Below, one piece after another: positions 1 through 10,174 of a stretch of DNA of 64,000 nt (within the stretch, counting starts at the first letter, position 1; the number at the start of each line of letters is the position of its first letter). Made by a program: the position numbers and the translations under genes. Origin of the DNA: Syntrophaceae bacterium UBA2280 (GTDB taxonomy: Bacteria; Desulfobacterota; Syntrophia; Syntrophales; Smithellaceae); contig DDWS01000026.1 of assembly GCA_002347685.1 (NCBI GenBank), forward strand, positions 26,995 to 90,994. Direction: 5' to 3'. Under the pieces are notes generated by a model, which was given only the letters and a program-made list of their open reading frames with translations, was not told where the DNA came from and made no database searches.

Positions 1-536
1 GAACCGGATACCAGGCTGTCGTAAGCCCGGTGGAGGCCGAAAGTCGCCGCTGAACAAGCAACCAGCATGTCAAATCCAAAACCATCGATCCCCAGTTCGT
101 TTTGGACTTCAATCGCAATCGCAGGGTATGCCCGCTGGGTATAAGCGCAAGAAACAATGACCGCATCAATATCGGCGGCTGTTTTACCGGCGGCGGCCAT
201 GGCCTCCCTCGCGGCATAAACGGCGATTTCCGCCTGGTTGCTCAGTTCGTGATCTTTTCTTTCGGGAAATTTGGGGCGCATGCGGTCGATATCCAGAATG
301 CCTTTTCTTGTGTATACGTGCCGCGCTTTGATTCCAGACGTTTTCTCAATGAACCTTACGCTGGAAAGGGGTTTCTCCTCGATAATACCCGCCGCGATAT
401 CGGAGGCATGGTCCGTATTGAACTTGTCCGCGTAAGCGTTATAACTTTCAACCAGTTCTTCATTGGTGATGATGTCGGGGGGCGTCCAGATCCCCGAACC
501 GCTGATAACGATCTTTTGAGATGATTCTTTTATCAT
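1..536 (-). CDS. beta-ketoacyl-ACP synthase III family protein (FabH-like), truncated by the window edge
   Basis: Hand translation of the minus strand from the ATG at 536 gives MIKESSQKIVISGSGIWTPPDIITNEELV...SVRFIEKTSGIKARH...DMLVACSAATFGLHRAYD. The layout is KAS III-like, with an ACS active-site Cys context. It is absent from the ORF track because it runs off the window. Confidence 0.7.
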   Translation of the reverse strand, partial: MIKESSQKIVISGSGIWTPPDIITNEELVESYNAYADKFNTDHASDIAAGIIEEKPLSSVRFIEKTSGIKARHVYTRKGILDIDRMRPKFPERKDHELSNQAEIAVYAAREAMAAAGKTAADIDAVIVSCAYTQRAYPAIAIEVQNELGIDGFGFDMLVACSAATFGLHRAYDSLVSG

Positions 537-640
537 TTTTTAAATCCTTTATGTTGACATGATGTATTCGATGATGCGGTATATGAATTTCGCTTTTGGA
601 TGTCAACACAATATCGATCACAACCCGAATCGTTCCCGTG

Positions 641-2206
641 TCAAATCACCGGAGGAGCGTAATATTTTTCTTCAATTTTCCCCGCACGGTCGTCTCTCAA
701 TGCCGGCGGCAGGTTTTCGAGAATATCGGTTGCCGTGATGCCGTCCGCGCCTTTTTGCAGGGCGGCGAGATCTCCGGCATAGCCGTGCAGAAAAACCCCT
801 TTGCGCGCTGCGAGTTCCGGGGACAGTCCCAGTCCGAACATGGCTGCGATACAGCCGGTGAGGACATCCCCGCTGCCGGCCGTTGCCATTCCCGGATTAC
901 CGCTGAGATTAAAATAGATCCGGCCGTCCGCCCCGCCCACCAGCGAGTGCGCGCCCTTGAGCACGACGACGGCATTCAGCTTTCGGGAGACTTCGCGAAG
1001 CACACCGATTTTATCGGCATTCACCGCGTCCACAGACTTGCCGGACAGGCGCGCCATTTCGCCTGTGTGCGGCGTCAGGATGGTTGGGGCTTTGCGTTTG
1101 AGCAGCACATCCACTCGGTCCGCGACGGCCGTGAGTCCGTCGCCGTCAATCAGGAGCGGTTTTTTGATGACTGCGCAAAGCTCCCGAATCAGCTTAGCGG
1201 TTTCATCGTTTAAGGAAAGACCGGGACCAATCACCACCATGTCAGCATGATCCGCATGCGCCAGCAGATCCGGTTTAGCCTTGAGTGACAGGCTGCCTGC
1301 CGCCGTTTCCCGCTGCGGCAGATAGACAATTTCGCGGCCGGTGGCCGCCACAAAAGGCACGATGCCGGCGGGCGCGGCCAGCCTCGCGTACCCCCCGCCC
1401 GATTTCAAAAAGGACATGGCCGCAAAATACGGTGCACCGTAATAATTTTCAGCACCGGCGATAAACAGTACATCCCCCATCGAGCCTTTATAGGCCTGGA
1501 CGGGGCGGGGCGGTATCGGAATAAAACCGTTGGTCTGCGCCGAAAGAGCGTCACGATCATAAAGAGAAGGCGGAAAAGAAATATGCGACACCAAAAGCGC
1601 GCCGCCCTGCTCGTAACCGGGATACAGCAAATTGCCGACCTTCGGGAGACCGAACGTGACGGTGTAATCGGCCATCACCGCAGCCCCCATGATCCTTCCG
1701 GTATCTCCGCAAACACCGGAGGGAATATCCAGGCTCATAACCGGCTTCCCGCAGGCATTGATCAGCGCGATCGCATCGGCGGGCAGTCCCTTCACCTCCC
1801 GATCCAGACCGGTGCCAAAAATGGCATCCACTACCGCATCGCTATGGAAAACGTCCGGCCTTGCCTCTTCGGCTTTGGTCAGCAAATGGACGTCCAGGGA
1901 GAGATTACACGCGATATCATAGTTTGTGCGGGCCGCACCGATGTATTTCTTCGGGGAGGCCACCAGAAATACTTGTACCTTTCCGCCCTGCGAATGAATC
2001 AGGCGCGCCAAAGCCAGTCCGTCGCCGCCGTTGTTGCCCGCGCCGCAGAAGATCGCAAACTTTTTGCCGCGGATGCCGATTTCCCTTTGCAGCAGGACAA
2101 CGGCCGCGAGCGCCGCGTTCTCCATCAGGATCTCCTCGGCAACGCCGAACTTCTCGATGGCGAGACGATCCATTTCACGCATTTGTTCTACAGTGGCCAG
2201 CTTCAT
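641..2206 (-). CDS. nnr: bifunctional NAD(P)H-hydrate repair enzyme (epimerase / ADP-dependent dehydratase)
   Basis: 521 aa. N-terminal YjeF motif GAGNNGGDG and C-terminal carbohydrate-kinase motif GSGDVLTG. Confidence 0.9.
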   Translation of the reverse strand: MKLATVEQMREMDRLAIEKFGVAEEILMENAALAAVVLLQREIGIRGKKFAIFCGAGNNGGDGLALARLIHSQGGKVQVFLVASPKKYIGAARTNYDIACNLSLDVHLLTKAEEARPDVFHSDAVVDAIFGTGLDREVKGLPADAIALINACGKPVMSLDIPSGVCGDTGRIMGAAVMADYTVTFGLPKVGNLLYPGYEQGGALLVSHISFPPSLYDRDALSAQTNGFIPIPPRPVQAYKGSMGDVLFIAGAENYYGAPYFAAMSFLKSGGGYARLAAPAGIVPFVAATGREIVYLPQRETAAGSLSLKAKPDLLAHADHADMVVIGPGLSLNDETAKLIRELCAVIKKPLLIDGDGLTAVADRVDVLLKRKAPTILTPHTGEMARLSGKSVDAVNADKIGVLREVSRKLNAVVVLKGAHSLVGGADGRIYFNLSGNPGMATAGSGDVLTGCIAAMFGLGLSPELAARKGVFLHGYAGDLAALQKGADGITATDILENLPPALRDDRAGKIEEKYYAPPVI

Positions 2207-2321
2207 TGAACTTTACTCCTTGCGGTTTCAAGAATCATTATGAAAATATTATTTGTTAGTATAGAATACCTCTATGGAATTGCCAATAACATTTTTCGGC
2301 ATCCATTGTAAAGGATACGTC

Positions 2322-3167
2322 ATGACACCGATATCCGAAGTCATTCGCCGGCGCTGTTCGTGCCGGTCCTATGCGGACCGGCCTTTGGAGGAGGACGCCC
2401 TGCATCATTTTACGCGGGCGGTTCATGCGCCGCAACGCGGCCCTTTCGGACACACGCCGCGCTTTTCGCTGCTTTCGATCACGTCTTTGTCCCGCGATGA
2501 CTGGAAGAAACTCGGCACGTACGGTGTGATTAAAAATGCGCGCCTCTATATGGCGGGAATGATCCGGCCGGCTCCGATGGCCGCCTGTGATTTCGGATTT
2601 TGCATGGAAAAGCTGATTTTAGAGGCGACAAAACTTGGTTTGGGAACCTGCTGGCTGGGCGGGACGTTTTCGATCGGTGCCTTTGCCAACGCCGCCGGTC
2701 TGTGCAAGGAAGAGCAACTGCCCGCCGTCACCCCCGTCGGCTATCCGGCGGACCGCAGAAGTCTCACGGAACGGACCATGCGGCGTTTTGCAGGCTCCAA
2801 CCGCCGTAAGCCATGGCCTGAGCTTTTTTTTCAAGACAATCTTTTCATGCCGCTTTTATCCGACGAAGCCGGACCCTATGCCGAAGCACTCGAAAACGTC
2901 CGGCTGGCGCCTTCGGCCTCCAACAAACAACCCTGGCGAGTGGTCTATGACAAAAAGCTGCAGATCTTTTCCTTCTATATTTCACGCGCCTTCGGTTACC
3001 GGCAACTTCGGGAAATATCGTTGCAGGACATCGATATGGGCATTGCCATGTGCCACTTTGATCTGACGGTGAATGAAATGGGGCTTAAAGGATCCTGGCT
3101 CAGAGAGGATGCCCCCGCAACCATAAAACCCCTGGAGTATATGGCAAGCTGGCAGGCCGGTGATTGA
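2322..3167 (+). CDS. nitroreductase family protein
   Basis: Has RSCRSY and SASNKQPWR nitroreductase-type motifs. Start moved to MTPISEV (AAAGGA RBS) inside track ORF 2274..3167. Confidence 0.7.
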   Translation: MTPISEVIRRRCSCRSYADRPLEEDALHHFTRAVHAPQRGPFGHTPRFSLLSITSLSRDDWKKLGTYGVIKNARLYMAGMIRPAPMAACDFGFCMEKLILEATKLGLGTCWLGGTFSIGAFANAAGLCKEEQLPAVTPVGYPADRRSLTERTMRRFAGSNRRKPWPELFFQDNLFMPLLSDEAGPYAEALENVRLAPSASNKQPWRVVYDKKLQIFSFYISRAFGYRQLREISLQDIDMGIAMCHFDLTVNEMGLKGSWLREDAPATIKPLEYMASWQAGD

Positions 3168-3195
3168 GTCGTGTCCCGTGACACGCGGGTCGGGG

Positions 3196-4224
3196 CTAAT
3201 CCATGATCAGCACTTTTGCGCCGCGAATTTTGCCTTGCTTTAAATCGACGAGTGCGCGGTTGGCGTCGGCAAATGGATATTCCTCTACATCCGGAAGGAT
3301 CGGGATACGCGAGGCTATTGTCATCAATTCTTCGATATCGCGGCGCGCGACATTGGCCACGCTTTTGATTTCTTTTTCCTGCCACAAATGAAGAGGGTAA
3401 TCGAGGCGAAGCAACTCGTCTTTGTCTGCTTCCTCCTTACGGATCGCGTTGATGACGAGCCTGCCGTCCGGCGCAAGATTTTCGAGGGCTTCCACAACCG
3501 GCCTCCACGCGGGTGTTGTGTCAATGATCGCCGCGAGCTTTCGCGGACTGCGATCCGTCGTGTCCCCCGCCCATCTCGCGCCCAGATCAAGAGCAAAGTT
3601 TCGCTCCCTTTCGGAACGGGCAAAAACGAAAATTTCCGAATTCGGATAAAGGTGCCGGGACAACTGCAGCACCAGGTGCGCGGACGCGCCGAAACCTGTG
3701 AGGCCCAGCGGATCGCCGTCTCGTAGACCGGCCAACCGAAGCGAACGCCAGCCGATGGCGCCCGCGCATAAAAGCGGCGCGGCCTGTGCGTCGGAAAATA
3801 CATCCGAAATCGGATAAGCATAATCTTCCGACACGGCAACATATTGAGCGTATCCGCCCGGCACATCCCGGCCGGTGGCCTTGAAATCCGGGCAAAGATT
3901 TTCCAGACCCGCAAGACAGCGCAAACATCTTCCGCAGGCATGACCGATCCAGCCGACGCCGACCCGGTCGCCGGGGGCATGACGCCTTGCCCCTGGCCCC
4001 AGGCTTTCGACCTCACCGACAATCTGGTGACCTAAAATGAAAGGGAATACAACAGGCGGTGTCCGGCCTTCGATTTCATCGAGTTCCGTATGGCAGACAC
4101 CGCAGGCGGATACGCGAATCAGGACTTGCCCCGAGACAGGATCAGGGGTCGGAAGATCAACAAAAGAAAGCGGCTGAGGATTTTCACGAATGTCAGTGAT
4201 GAAATCCAGTACAGCCGCTTTCAT
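3196..4224 (-). CDS. zinc-binding alcohol dehydrogenase family protein (MDR superfamily)
   Basis: CGVCHTELDE catalytic zinc motif, GHQIVGEV, and structural zinc cluster CGRCLRCLAGLENLC. Confidence 0.85.
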   Translation of the reverse strand: MKAAVLDFITDIRENPQPLSFVDLPTPDPVSGQVLIRVSACGVCHTELDEIEGRTPPVVFPFILGHQIVGEVESLGPGARRHAPGDRVGVGWIGHACGRCLRCLAGLENLCPDFKATGRDVPGGYAQYVAVSEDYAYPISDVFSDAQAAPLLCAGAIGWRSLRLAGLRDGDPLGLTGFGASAHLVLQLSRHLYPNSEIFVFARSERERNFALDLGARWAGDTTDRSPRKLAAIIDTTPAWRPVVEALENLAPDGRLVINAIRKEEADKDELLRLDYPLHLWQEKEIKSVANVARRDIEELMTIASRIPILPDVEEYPFADANRALVDLKQGKIRGAKVLIMD

Positions 4225-4229
4225 GTTTT

Positions 4230-5621
4230 CTATTTCAGCGCCGCAGGCAGGGGAAGCAAAACGTCAACCGGCTGAATGTATTTGTCCATCACCTCGCGGG
4301 TGCCGTTGACTTTGAGCTTGTCGAACAGAAACGCGAATTGACGCTCCAGTTCGGCGCAGATGCCGCCACGGACATCCGCCGGAAGATGCCACAGCTCCAG
4401 TTTGAACGGTCCGAATCCTTTCTTGCGGGTTTTATAGATGAACTGTTCTTCCGTGTCTTTTTCCTTCCATTCGCTCTTCATATTGGTTTTCAAATGATCA
4501 TAGATCTTCGTCCGCAGATCCGCCGGAAACCCTTTGCTGTCGTAAATCATGTTCTGGAAGCCCGTGGCTAGATGAATCTCAGCAGTGCCGGTGGCGGGAA
4601 AGCGGTCAAACGCCTCATCCGGCAGTGTCGAGGCACCGTGCTGAACCGCTCCGGACAAACCATAACGCGTGCGGGAGGTTGCGGATAATTTTTCAAGAAC
4701 ATCAAAATCGATTTTAACGTTTGCGACCGAGCCGTCCGCCAGCGGCACGCCGCCGTGCGTCGTGCCGGTCTGAACGCTGATCTTGCTGATGCCTTTGAAG
4801 GCATCCCCCCTCTTTTTGAGCTCTTCGAGGTAGCCGTCCATGAAGGCCTGCAATTCCTCCACCGTACTGTTTTTGCCGCCGACTTCGCCGATCTCGCCGC
4901 CCACGGATATTGTGATGCCTTCCGGCTCCAGATCACGGATCATGGTGGTCAGCTCCGCCGCAAGCGTATAATTGGTCTGCTGCTGCTCCTTCACGGTTGG
5001 TTTGGATAAATCCACCAGCGTGGAGGTATCGATGTCGATGTTGTAGAAACCCGCTTCAATGGCTTCCCAGATTAAATTCTTGACCGTCTGTGTTTCCTTT
5101 TCCGCGTCGGCGGTAAATTTTTTGGCGTTGATCTGGAAATGATCGCCCTGCAAAAACACAGGGCCGCGCCAACCGGCTTTCACAGCCGCCGCCGTAATCG
5201 CGCAGGTGTATTCAAACGGCCGCTGAACCGTATAGTCAACTTCCGAACGGGCGATTTCAAAGAGCACCGGCCCGACCTTGCCTTTCATGGCGGCACGGAA
5301 AACGGCCTGCGCCACATCGTAGGTGATACCGCGAATATTGATGGCGGGAACGGTGAACCCGCCGACTTCCCCGCTGCCCATCGCCTCATAGAGCGTTTGA
5401 ACCGACGAAGACACGATGCCCATCGCAGCGGCCCCCCGGCGAATGAGAAAACCGGCGGCTTCCTTGGTGCCCGGATCGGGGCTGAAGACAACCGTATAAA
5501 TCAGATCATCGATCAACCCGCCTGAAAATTTTCCTTCATCCAGCACACGGACCTCATCGCCGTCGACTTCCAGGATGGACGCATACCCTTTTTTCAGCTG
5601 ACCTTTATTTTTATAAATCAT
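4230..5621 (-). CDS. class II (metal-dependent) ketose/fructose-bisphosphate aldolase, long form
   Basis: 463 aa with class II aldolase-like blocks (LQGDHFQ, GGEIGEVGG, QTGTTHGG, VQHGAS). Lies directly downstream of fbp. Confidence 0.7.
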   Translation of the reverse strand: MIYKNKGQLKKGYASILEVDGDEVRVLDEGKFSGGLIDDLIYTVVFSPDPGTKEAAGFLIRRGAAAMGIVSSSVQTLYEAMGSGEVGGFTVPAINIRGITYDVAQAVFRAAMKGKVGPVLFEIARSEVDYTVQRPFEYTCAITAAAVKAGWRGPVFLQGDHFQINAKKFTADAEKETQTVKNLIWEAIEAGFYNIDIDTSTLVDLSKPTVKEQQQTNYTLAAELTTMIRDLEPEGITISVGGEIGEVGGKNSTVEELQAFMDGYLEELKKRGDAFKGISKISVQTGTTHGGVPLADGSVANVKIDFDVLEKLSATSRTRYGLSGAVQHGASTLPDEAFDRFPATGTAEIHLATGFQNMIYDSKGFPADLRTKIYDHLKTNMKSEWKEKDTEEQFIYKTRKKGFGPFKLELWHLPADVRGGICAELERQFAFLFDKLKVNGTREVMDKYIQPVDVLLPLPAALK

Positions 5622-5632
5622 GGCTTCTCCTT

Positions 5633-6583
5633 TTAATCTTTGGATGACTGCGACAGGATTTGTCCCGCCATGGTGACTTCCGCCGCAGATCCGATATAGA
5701 TCGGTGAACGCTGGTTGACGTTGGTGACCTTTAAAGCCAGAATATCCTCACGGCCGTCCGTGGCTTTGCCTCCGGCCTGCTCCACGATAAAAGCCATCGG
5801 CTGCAGTTCAAACAGCAGCCGCAATTTCCCCTTGGGCGATTTCTTCAGCGCGGGATAGGTGAACACACCGCCCCTTTTAATAATCACCTGATTGATGTCG
5901 GGTACAAACCCACCGCTGTAGCGCAGTTTGTAGCCTTCCTGCTCCAGGGTCTCGATAAACTTCAGATGCGCGTCCGTCCAGTCGCAGCGCAGGCCGCCCG
6001 GCGAAAAGATCGAGCCCTTTTCCTTCAGACGGATATTTTCCTCGGAGAGCACGTATTCCCCTTCACGATCCAGAACAAACTCATGCGCGCCTTTGCCCGC
6101 CGAGTAGATCATCGTGATCAGCGGACCATAGGTGATATAGAGCGCAGCCACCATGGTGTTGCGCCCGCAATCCATCACGGAATGTTTATGGATGCCGATG
6201 ATCGTTCCGATGGCCAGATTCGTATCCACCAGAGACGAACCGTCGAGCGGATCCGCCGTAACAACGTATTGCTCCTGCCCCTTGCCGATGGTGACGATAT
6301 CTTCGAGCTCTTCGGAGGCATACTCACGTACAAACCCGGAGTGCTGCAGCTTATTTTTCAGAATATCGTCGGAAATACGGTCCAGCGCCAGCTGTTCTTC
6401 ACCGTAAATATTTTCAAAACCGGCCAGCTTGCGGTTGGATTCCTGGATTTTGGCGGAGATGTATTTCCCGACGACGGCGATCTGCCAGATGAGCCTGCGC
6501 AATTCCACCTCAATGCCGTCCATCCACATGTGGCGCCTTAGATCAACGATGTTTTTGGTGTAATCATTTGTTCCTTCACTCAT
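5633..6583 (-). CDS. fbp: class 1 fructose-1,6-bisphosphatase
   Basis: 316 aa with the DPLDGSS metal-binding motif, YSGGFVPD and GGVFTYP blocks. Confidence 0.9.
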   Translation of the reverse strand: MSEGTNDYTKNIVDLRRHMWMDGIEVELRRLIWQIAVVGKYISAKIQESNRKLAGFENIYGEEQLALDRISDDILKNKLQHSGFVREYASEELEDIVTIGKGQEQYVVTADPLDGSSLVDTNLAIGTIIGIHKHSVMDCGRNTMVAALYITYGPLITMIYSAGKGAHEFVLDREGEYVLSEENIRLKEKGSIFSPGGLRCDWTDAHLKFIETLEQEGYKLRYSGGFVPDINQVIIKRGGVFTYPALKKSPKGKLRLLFELQPMAFIVEQAGGKATDGREDILALKVTNVNQRSPIYIGSAAEVTMAGQILSQSSKD

Positions 6584-6607
6584 GACGTTTCGTGCTCCTT
6601 ACTTTGA

Positions 6608-8671
6608 TCATTTTCCGGCCGTGCCGAACATGTCCGGCACGACTTCATTTCTTTTTTCAGCCAGTATTTTTTCCAGTGCGCCTTTGAGCTCTGTCAGCGA
6701 ATAGGGCTTGACCATCGCACCGACAAAACCGTATTTCCAATATTCTTCAATCGCCGGGTCATGCACATAGCCGCTGGAAATCACCGCTTTGACCTCCGGA
6801 TGAACACTCTGCCAGCGCCGGATGGCCGTCTCGCCGCCTTCGTCGCCGCGCATCGTCAAATCCATGATGACCAGGGAAAAAGGCGCGTTCGCTTCTTTGC
6901 TTTGGCTGTAAATATCGATGGCCTCATCGTGACTGGTGGCCGTCGCCACTTCATAGCCCAGATGCACAAGCATGCTGCCGGTCACATCCAGAAGGATTTT
7001 CTCGTCATCGATGAGCAGGACCTTATGTTTTTCATCGGACGGTTTCTTGCCCGTCATCGCCGGTTTCGGTTCATGGCTTTCCCCGTTGGTCGCCGGAATG
7101 TAGACCGTGAAGGTGGTTCCATCCCCCGGCGTGGACTCGACCGTGATCATCCCTTCATGACTTTTCACAATGGAATACACGATGGCCAGGCCCAGTCCCA
7201 TTCCCTTGAGGCTGCCCATTTGTTTGGTCGTAAAATAGGGGTCAAACAGTTTTTTCATGTGCGCACCGGAAATCCCGGCGCCTTGATCACGGACATACCA
7301 CTTCACATAACGGCCGCCCCGAAGCGACGGAACCTGCTGAGCCGTTAAGACAACATTGAGCGCACCCACTTCAATGGCGCCGCCCAGCGGCATCGCCTCT
7401 GCGGCGTTCGTTACCAGTGAATGAACCACCTGATGCATCTGCCCTTCGTCAATCTGCGCCGACCATAGGCCTTCGGGCAGATTGAAAGCACACTGGATAT
7501 TTTTGCCGCTGAGGGTAAACTCCGTGGCATCCCGAAGAACCGTTGCGATGGAGACGGTTTTACGCTGCTGCGATCCACTGCGGGAATAGGTTAAAAGTTT
7601 CCTGGTCAGGGTTTTCGCCCGCTCGCAGTGCTCCTCCGCCGCGACCAGTCTCTGATACGCAGGACTGTCGGCTGCGACATCCATCCTGGCCATCGCCAGG
7701 GAACCGAACACACTCGTCAGGATATTGTTGAAATCATGCGCGATGCCGCCGGCCAGAAGACCGATGGATTCGAGTTTCTGTGCTTTGGCCAGTTCCGCCT
7801 CCATAAAACGGCGCACGGTGACGTCGCGGCCCAATGATTCAAAATACTCAATGCGGCCGCTGGAATCACGAACCGCGATGGCTGTAAATTCCAGGATGAC
7901 TGTCTGGCCGTCTTTTGCAACGCCTTCGACATGGAGATTCCTCAAGACATCCATGCCGGCATCGAGAGCCCCCGTGGCGCGGACCCAGTCTTTCACATAA
8001 TTCTTATGGAAAACCCGCATCGCCAGCCCGGGGTCCGCAAGATATTCCTCAAGGGAATAACCGAAAATCCTGTGCGCCGCCTCGTTGATATACATCACCT
8101 TGCCGCTGTCGGCCTGCACGTGAATAATCACCTCATCGGCATACTGCGTCAGACGTTCATAGACATTTCGAATTTCGCGATTTTCTTCCCTCAGGTGAAG
8201 CTGCTCGGTCAGATCCCTGACAAAAGCCGCAATGGCGATGATACTTCCACTGACGTCAAAACAGGGATTGGCATTAATCAGAAGCGCTTTCTTCGGTCCG
8301 GACGGCGCATCCATCACGCAGCTCTTGTCGGCCAGGGATTGCCCCGCCTTCATGATCCAACCGAAAACGGGATCCTCCTCGATTCGTTCTTCGTCGATGC
8401 ACCGGAAACGCCAGCGGGGATCGGAATACTTCCTTCCGATCATCTCCGTTGCCGAGCGGCCGAATATTTTTGCCATCCCGGGATTGACAAAAAGGATGAT
8501 CCCTTTACCGTCCACAACCATCAGCCCATCCGGAATCATCCCAATCAACTGCTGCAAGGGGGCATGATCCCGTTCCATCCGTGCGATTTTTTCTTCGAGA
8601 TTGTTTATTTCCAGACGGAGCTTATCTGCCGGGGTTTCTACCATGTGCCCAAAACCTTTCATCATTCTCAC
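6608..8671 (-). CDS. hybrid sensor histidine kinase (PAS domains, HisKA, HATPase, C-terminal receiver)
   Basis: H-box AHDFNNILT, G-box GMGLGLAIV, and a receiver domain (VLLIDDE...VIMDLTM). Confidence 0.85.
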   Translation of the reverse strand: MRMMKGFGHMVETPADKLRLEINNLEEKIARMERDHAPLQQLIGMIPDGLMVVDGKGIILFVNPGMAKIFGRSATEMIGRKYSDPRWRFRCIDEERIEEDPVFGWIMKAGQSLADKSCVMDAPSGPKKALLINANPCFDVSGSIIAIAAFVRDLTEQLHLREENREIRNVYERLTQYADEVIIHVQADSGKVMYINEAAHRIFGYSLEEYLADPGLAMRVFHKNYVKDWVRATGALDAGMDVLRNLHVEGVAKDGQTVILEFTAIAVRDSSGRIEYFESLGRDVTVRRFMEAELAKAQKLESIGLLAGGIAHDFNNILTSVFGSLAMARMDVAADSPAYQRLVAAEEHCERAKTLTRKLLTYSRSGSQQRKTVSIATVLRDATEFTLSGKNIQCAFNLPEGLWSAQIDEGQMHQVVHSLVTNAAEAMPLGGAIEVGALNVVLTAQQVPSLRGGRYVKWYVRDQGAGISGAHMKKLFDPYFTTKQMGSLKGMGLGLAIVYSIVKSHEGMITVESTPGDGTTFTVYIPATNGESHEPKPAMTGKKPSDEKHKVLLIDDEKILLDVTGSMLVHLGYEVATATSHDEAIDIYSQSKEANAPFSLVIMDLTMRGDEGGETAIRRWQSVHPEVKAVISSGYVHDPAIEEYWKYGFVGAMVKPYSLTELKGALEKILAEKRNEVVPDMFGTAGK

Positions 8672-8785
8672 GATCCATCCCTGAACGACGGCACGGACTA
8701 TCCATGTACACTAAAGTTATTAACCAATAATAACCGGCTTGACAAGCAAATATTTAACAAAGATGTCCTGATGAATAAAACCAGT

Positions 8786-10174
8786 TTATGGCCTATTCGT
8801 GTTTTGCTCGTACTTCTCCAGCTTTTTTCGAAGGGTCTTGCGCGTAATGCCTAAACGGCGGGCAGCTTCGCTTTTGTTTCCGCCGCATACGGTCAGCGCA
8901 TCCAGAATGCTTCTTTTTTCCACTTCCTCAAGCGGCAGATTCGGAGACAAAACAAACGGACGGGCTTCATCTGCGGTCGGATCATCCATCGCCAGAAGCG
9001 TCATATCCTCCACATCCAGATATTCGGTGCGCGACAAAACCACTGCCCTTTCGACGGCATTCATCAGTTCCCGGACATTGCCGGGCCAGGCGTAGCGCAC
9101 AAGTTTCTGCATGGCCTGAGGGGTAAAACCCGCGATGGACTTGAAATTCCTGCGGGAAAACATCGCCAGGAAATGCTGCGCCAGAAGCGGGATATCTTCC
9201 GTCCTTTCACGCAGCGGCGGCACATGCAGCGCCACCACGTTGAGCCGGTAGAATAGATCTTCCCGGAAACGCCCCTCCCTGATTTCTTTTTGCAGATCCT
9301 TGTTGGACGCGGCAAGCACGCGGACATCGACTTTGAGCACATCCGACCCGCCCACGCGGGTCAGCTCTCTTTCCTGCAAAACCCGCAGGAGTTTCACCTG
9401 CATCGCGGAAGACATTTCACTGACCTCATCTAAAAAAATGCTCCCGCCGCCGGCCTGGAGAAATTTTCCTTCCCTTCTGCGGTCCGCGCCGGTAAACGCG
9501 CCTTTTTCATGACCGAACAGCTCCGACTCCAGAAGCGTTTCTGTCAGCGCTGCGCAGTTGATTTTAACAAAGGGCGCCGCTTTCCGATGGCTGTTGGCGT
9601 GTAGCGCATTGGCGATGACCTCCTTGCCCGTCCCGGACTCCCCGGTGATCAGAATCGTGGCTTCCGTCGCGGCCACCTGCTCCACAATGTCCAGAAGCCT
9701 GGCCATTGCGGTGCTCTGACCGATGATGCTCTGCCGGTCGATTCTTTCCCCGAGTTTTTCTTTGAGATATTCATTTTCTTTTTTCAGCGAACTGTGCTCC
9801 GTCGCCCGGGCAATTCCGATTTGCAGTTCGTCAAAATCAAGCGGCTTGGTGAGATAATCATACGCACCTTTTTTAAGTGCGCTGACCGCTGTTTCCACCG
9901 AAGCGTAAGCCGTCATGAGGATTACCGGAATCGAGGGATTGATCTTACGGACCTGCTCGAGGGCTTCGATCCCGGAAACCTTCACCATCCGGATGTCCAT
10001 CAGAATCAGATCAAAAGCCCGTCTGCGGATTTCTTCGATCGCGCCCGCACCGTCATCCGCCTCAAAGGTCTGATAACCCCAGCCTCCCAGAAGTTTTTTC
10101 AGCATCAGCCGGTGAGCGGCATCATCATCCACAATTAAAATGTCGAGTGCGTTTATCATTGCTTCATCCCTCAT
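8786..10174 (-). CDS. sigma-54-dependent Fis-family response regulator (NtrC/ZraR-like)
   Basis: Receiver (ILIVDDD), AAA+ Walker A GESGTGKE, GAFTGA loop, C-terminal HTH (AARRLGITRKTLRKKL). An ATGA overlap couples it to the upstream kinase. Confidence 0.9.
   Translation of the reverse strand: MRDEAMINALDILIVDDDAAHRLMLKKLLGGWGYQTFEADDGAGAIEEIRRRAFDLILMDIRMVKVSGIEALEQVRKINPSIPVILMTAYASVETAVSALKKGAYDYLTKPLDFDELQIGIARATEHSSLKKENEYLKEKLGERIDRQSIIGQSTAMARLLDIVEQVAATEATILITGESGTGKEVIANALHANSHRKAAPFVKINCAALTETLLESELFGHEKGAFTGADRRREGKFLQAGGGSIFLDEVSEMSSAMQVKLLRVLQERELTRVGGSDVLKVDVRVLAASNKDLQKEIREGRFREDLFYRLNVVALHVPPLRERTEDIPLLAQHFLAMFSRRNFKSIAGFTPQAMQKLVRYAWPGNVRELMNAVERAVVLSRTEYLDVEDMTLLAMDDPTADEARPFVLSPNLPLEEVEKRSILDALTVCGGNKSEAARRLGITRKTLRKKLEKYEQNTNRP

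Noticed and set aside
102-524. 140-aa plus-strand ORF at the window start.
   Set aside because: The opposite strand encodes a clearly recognisable FabH-like N-terminus starting at 536. The plus-strand ORF has a low-complexity, Arg/Gly-rich composition typical of an antisense frame.
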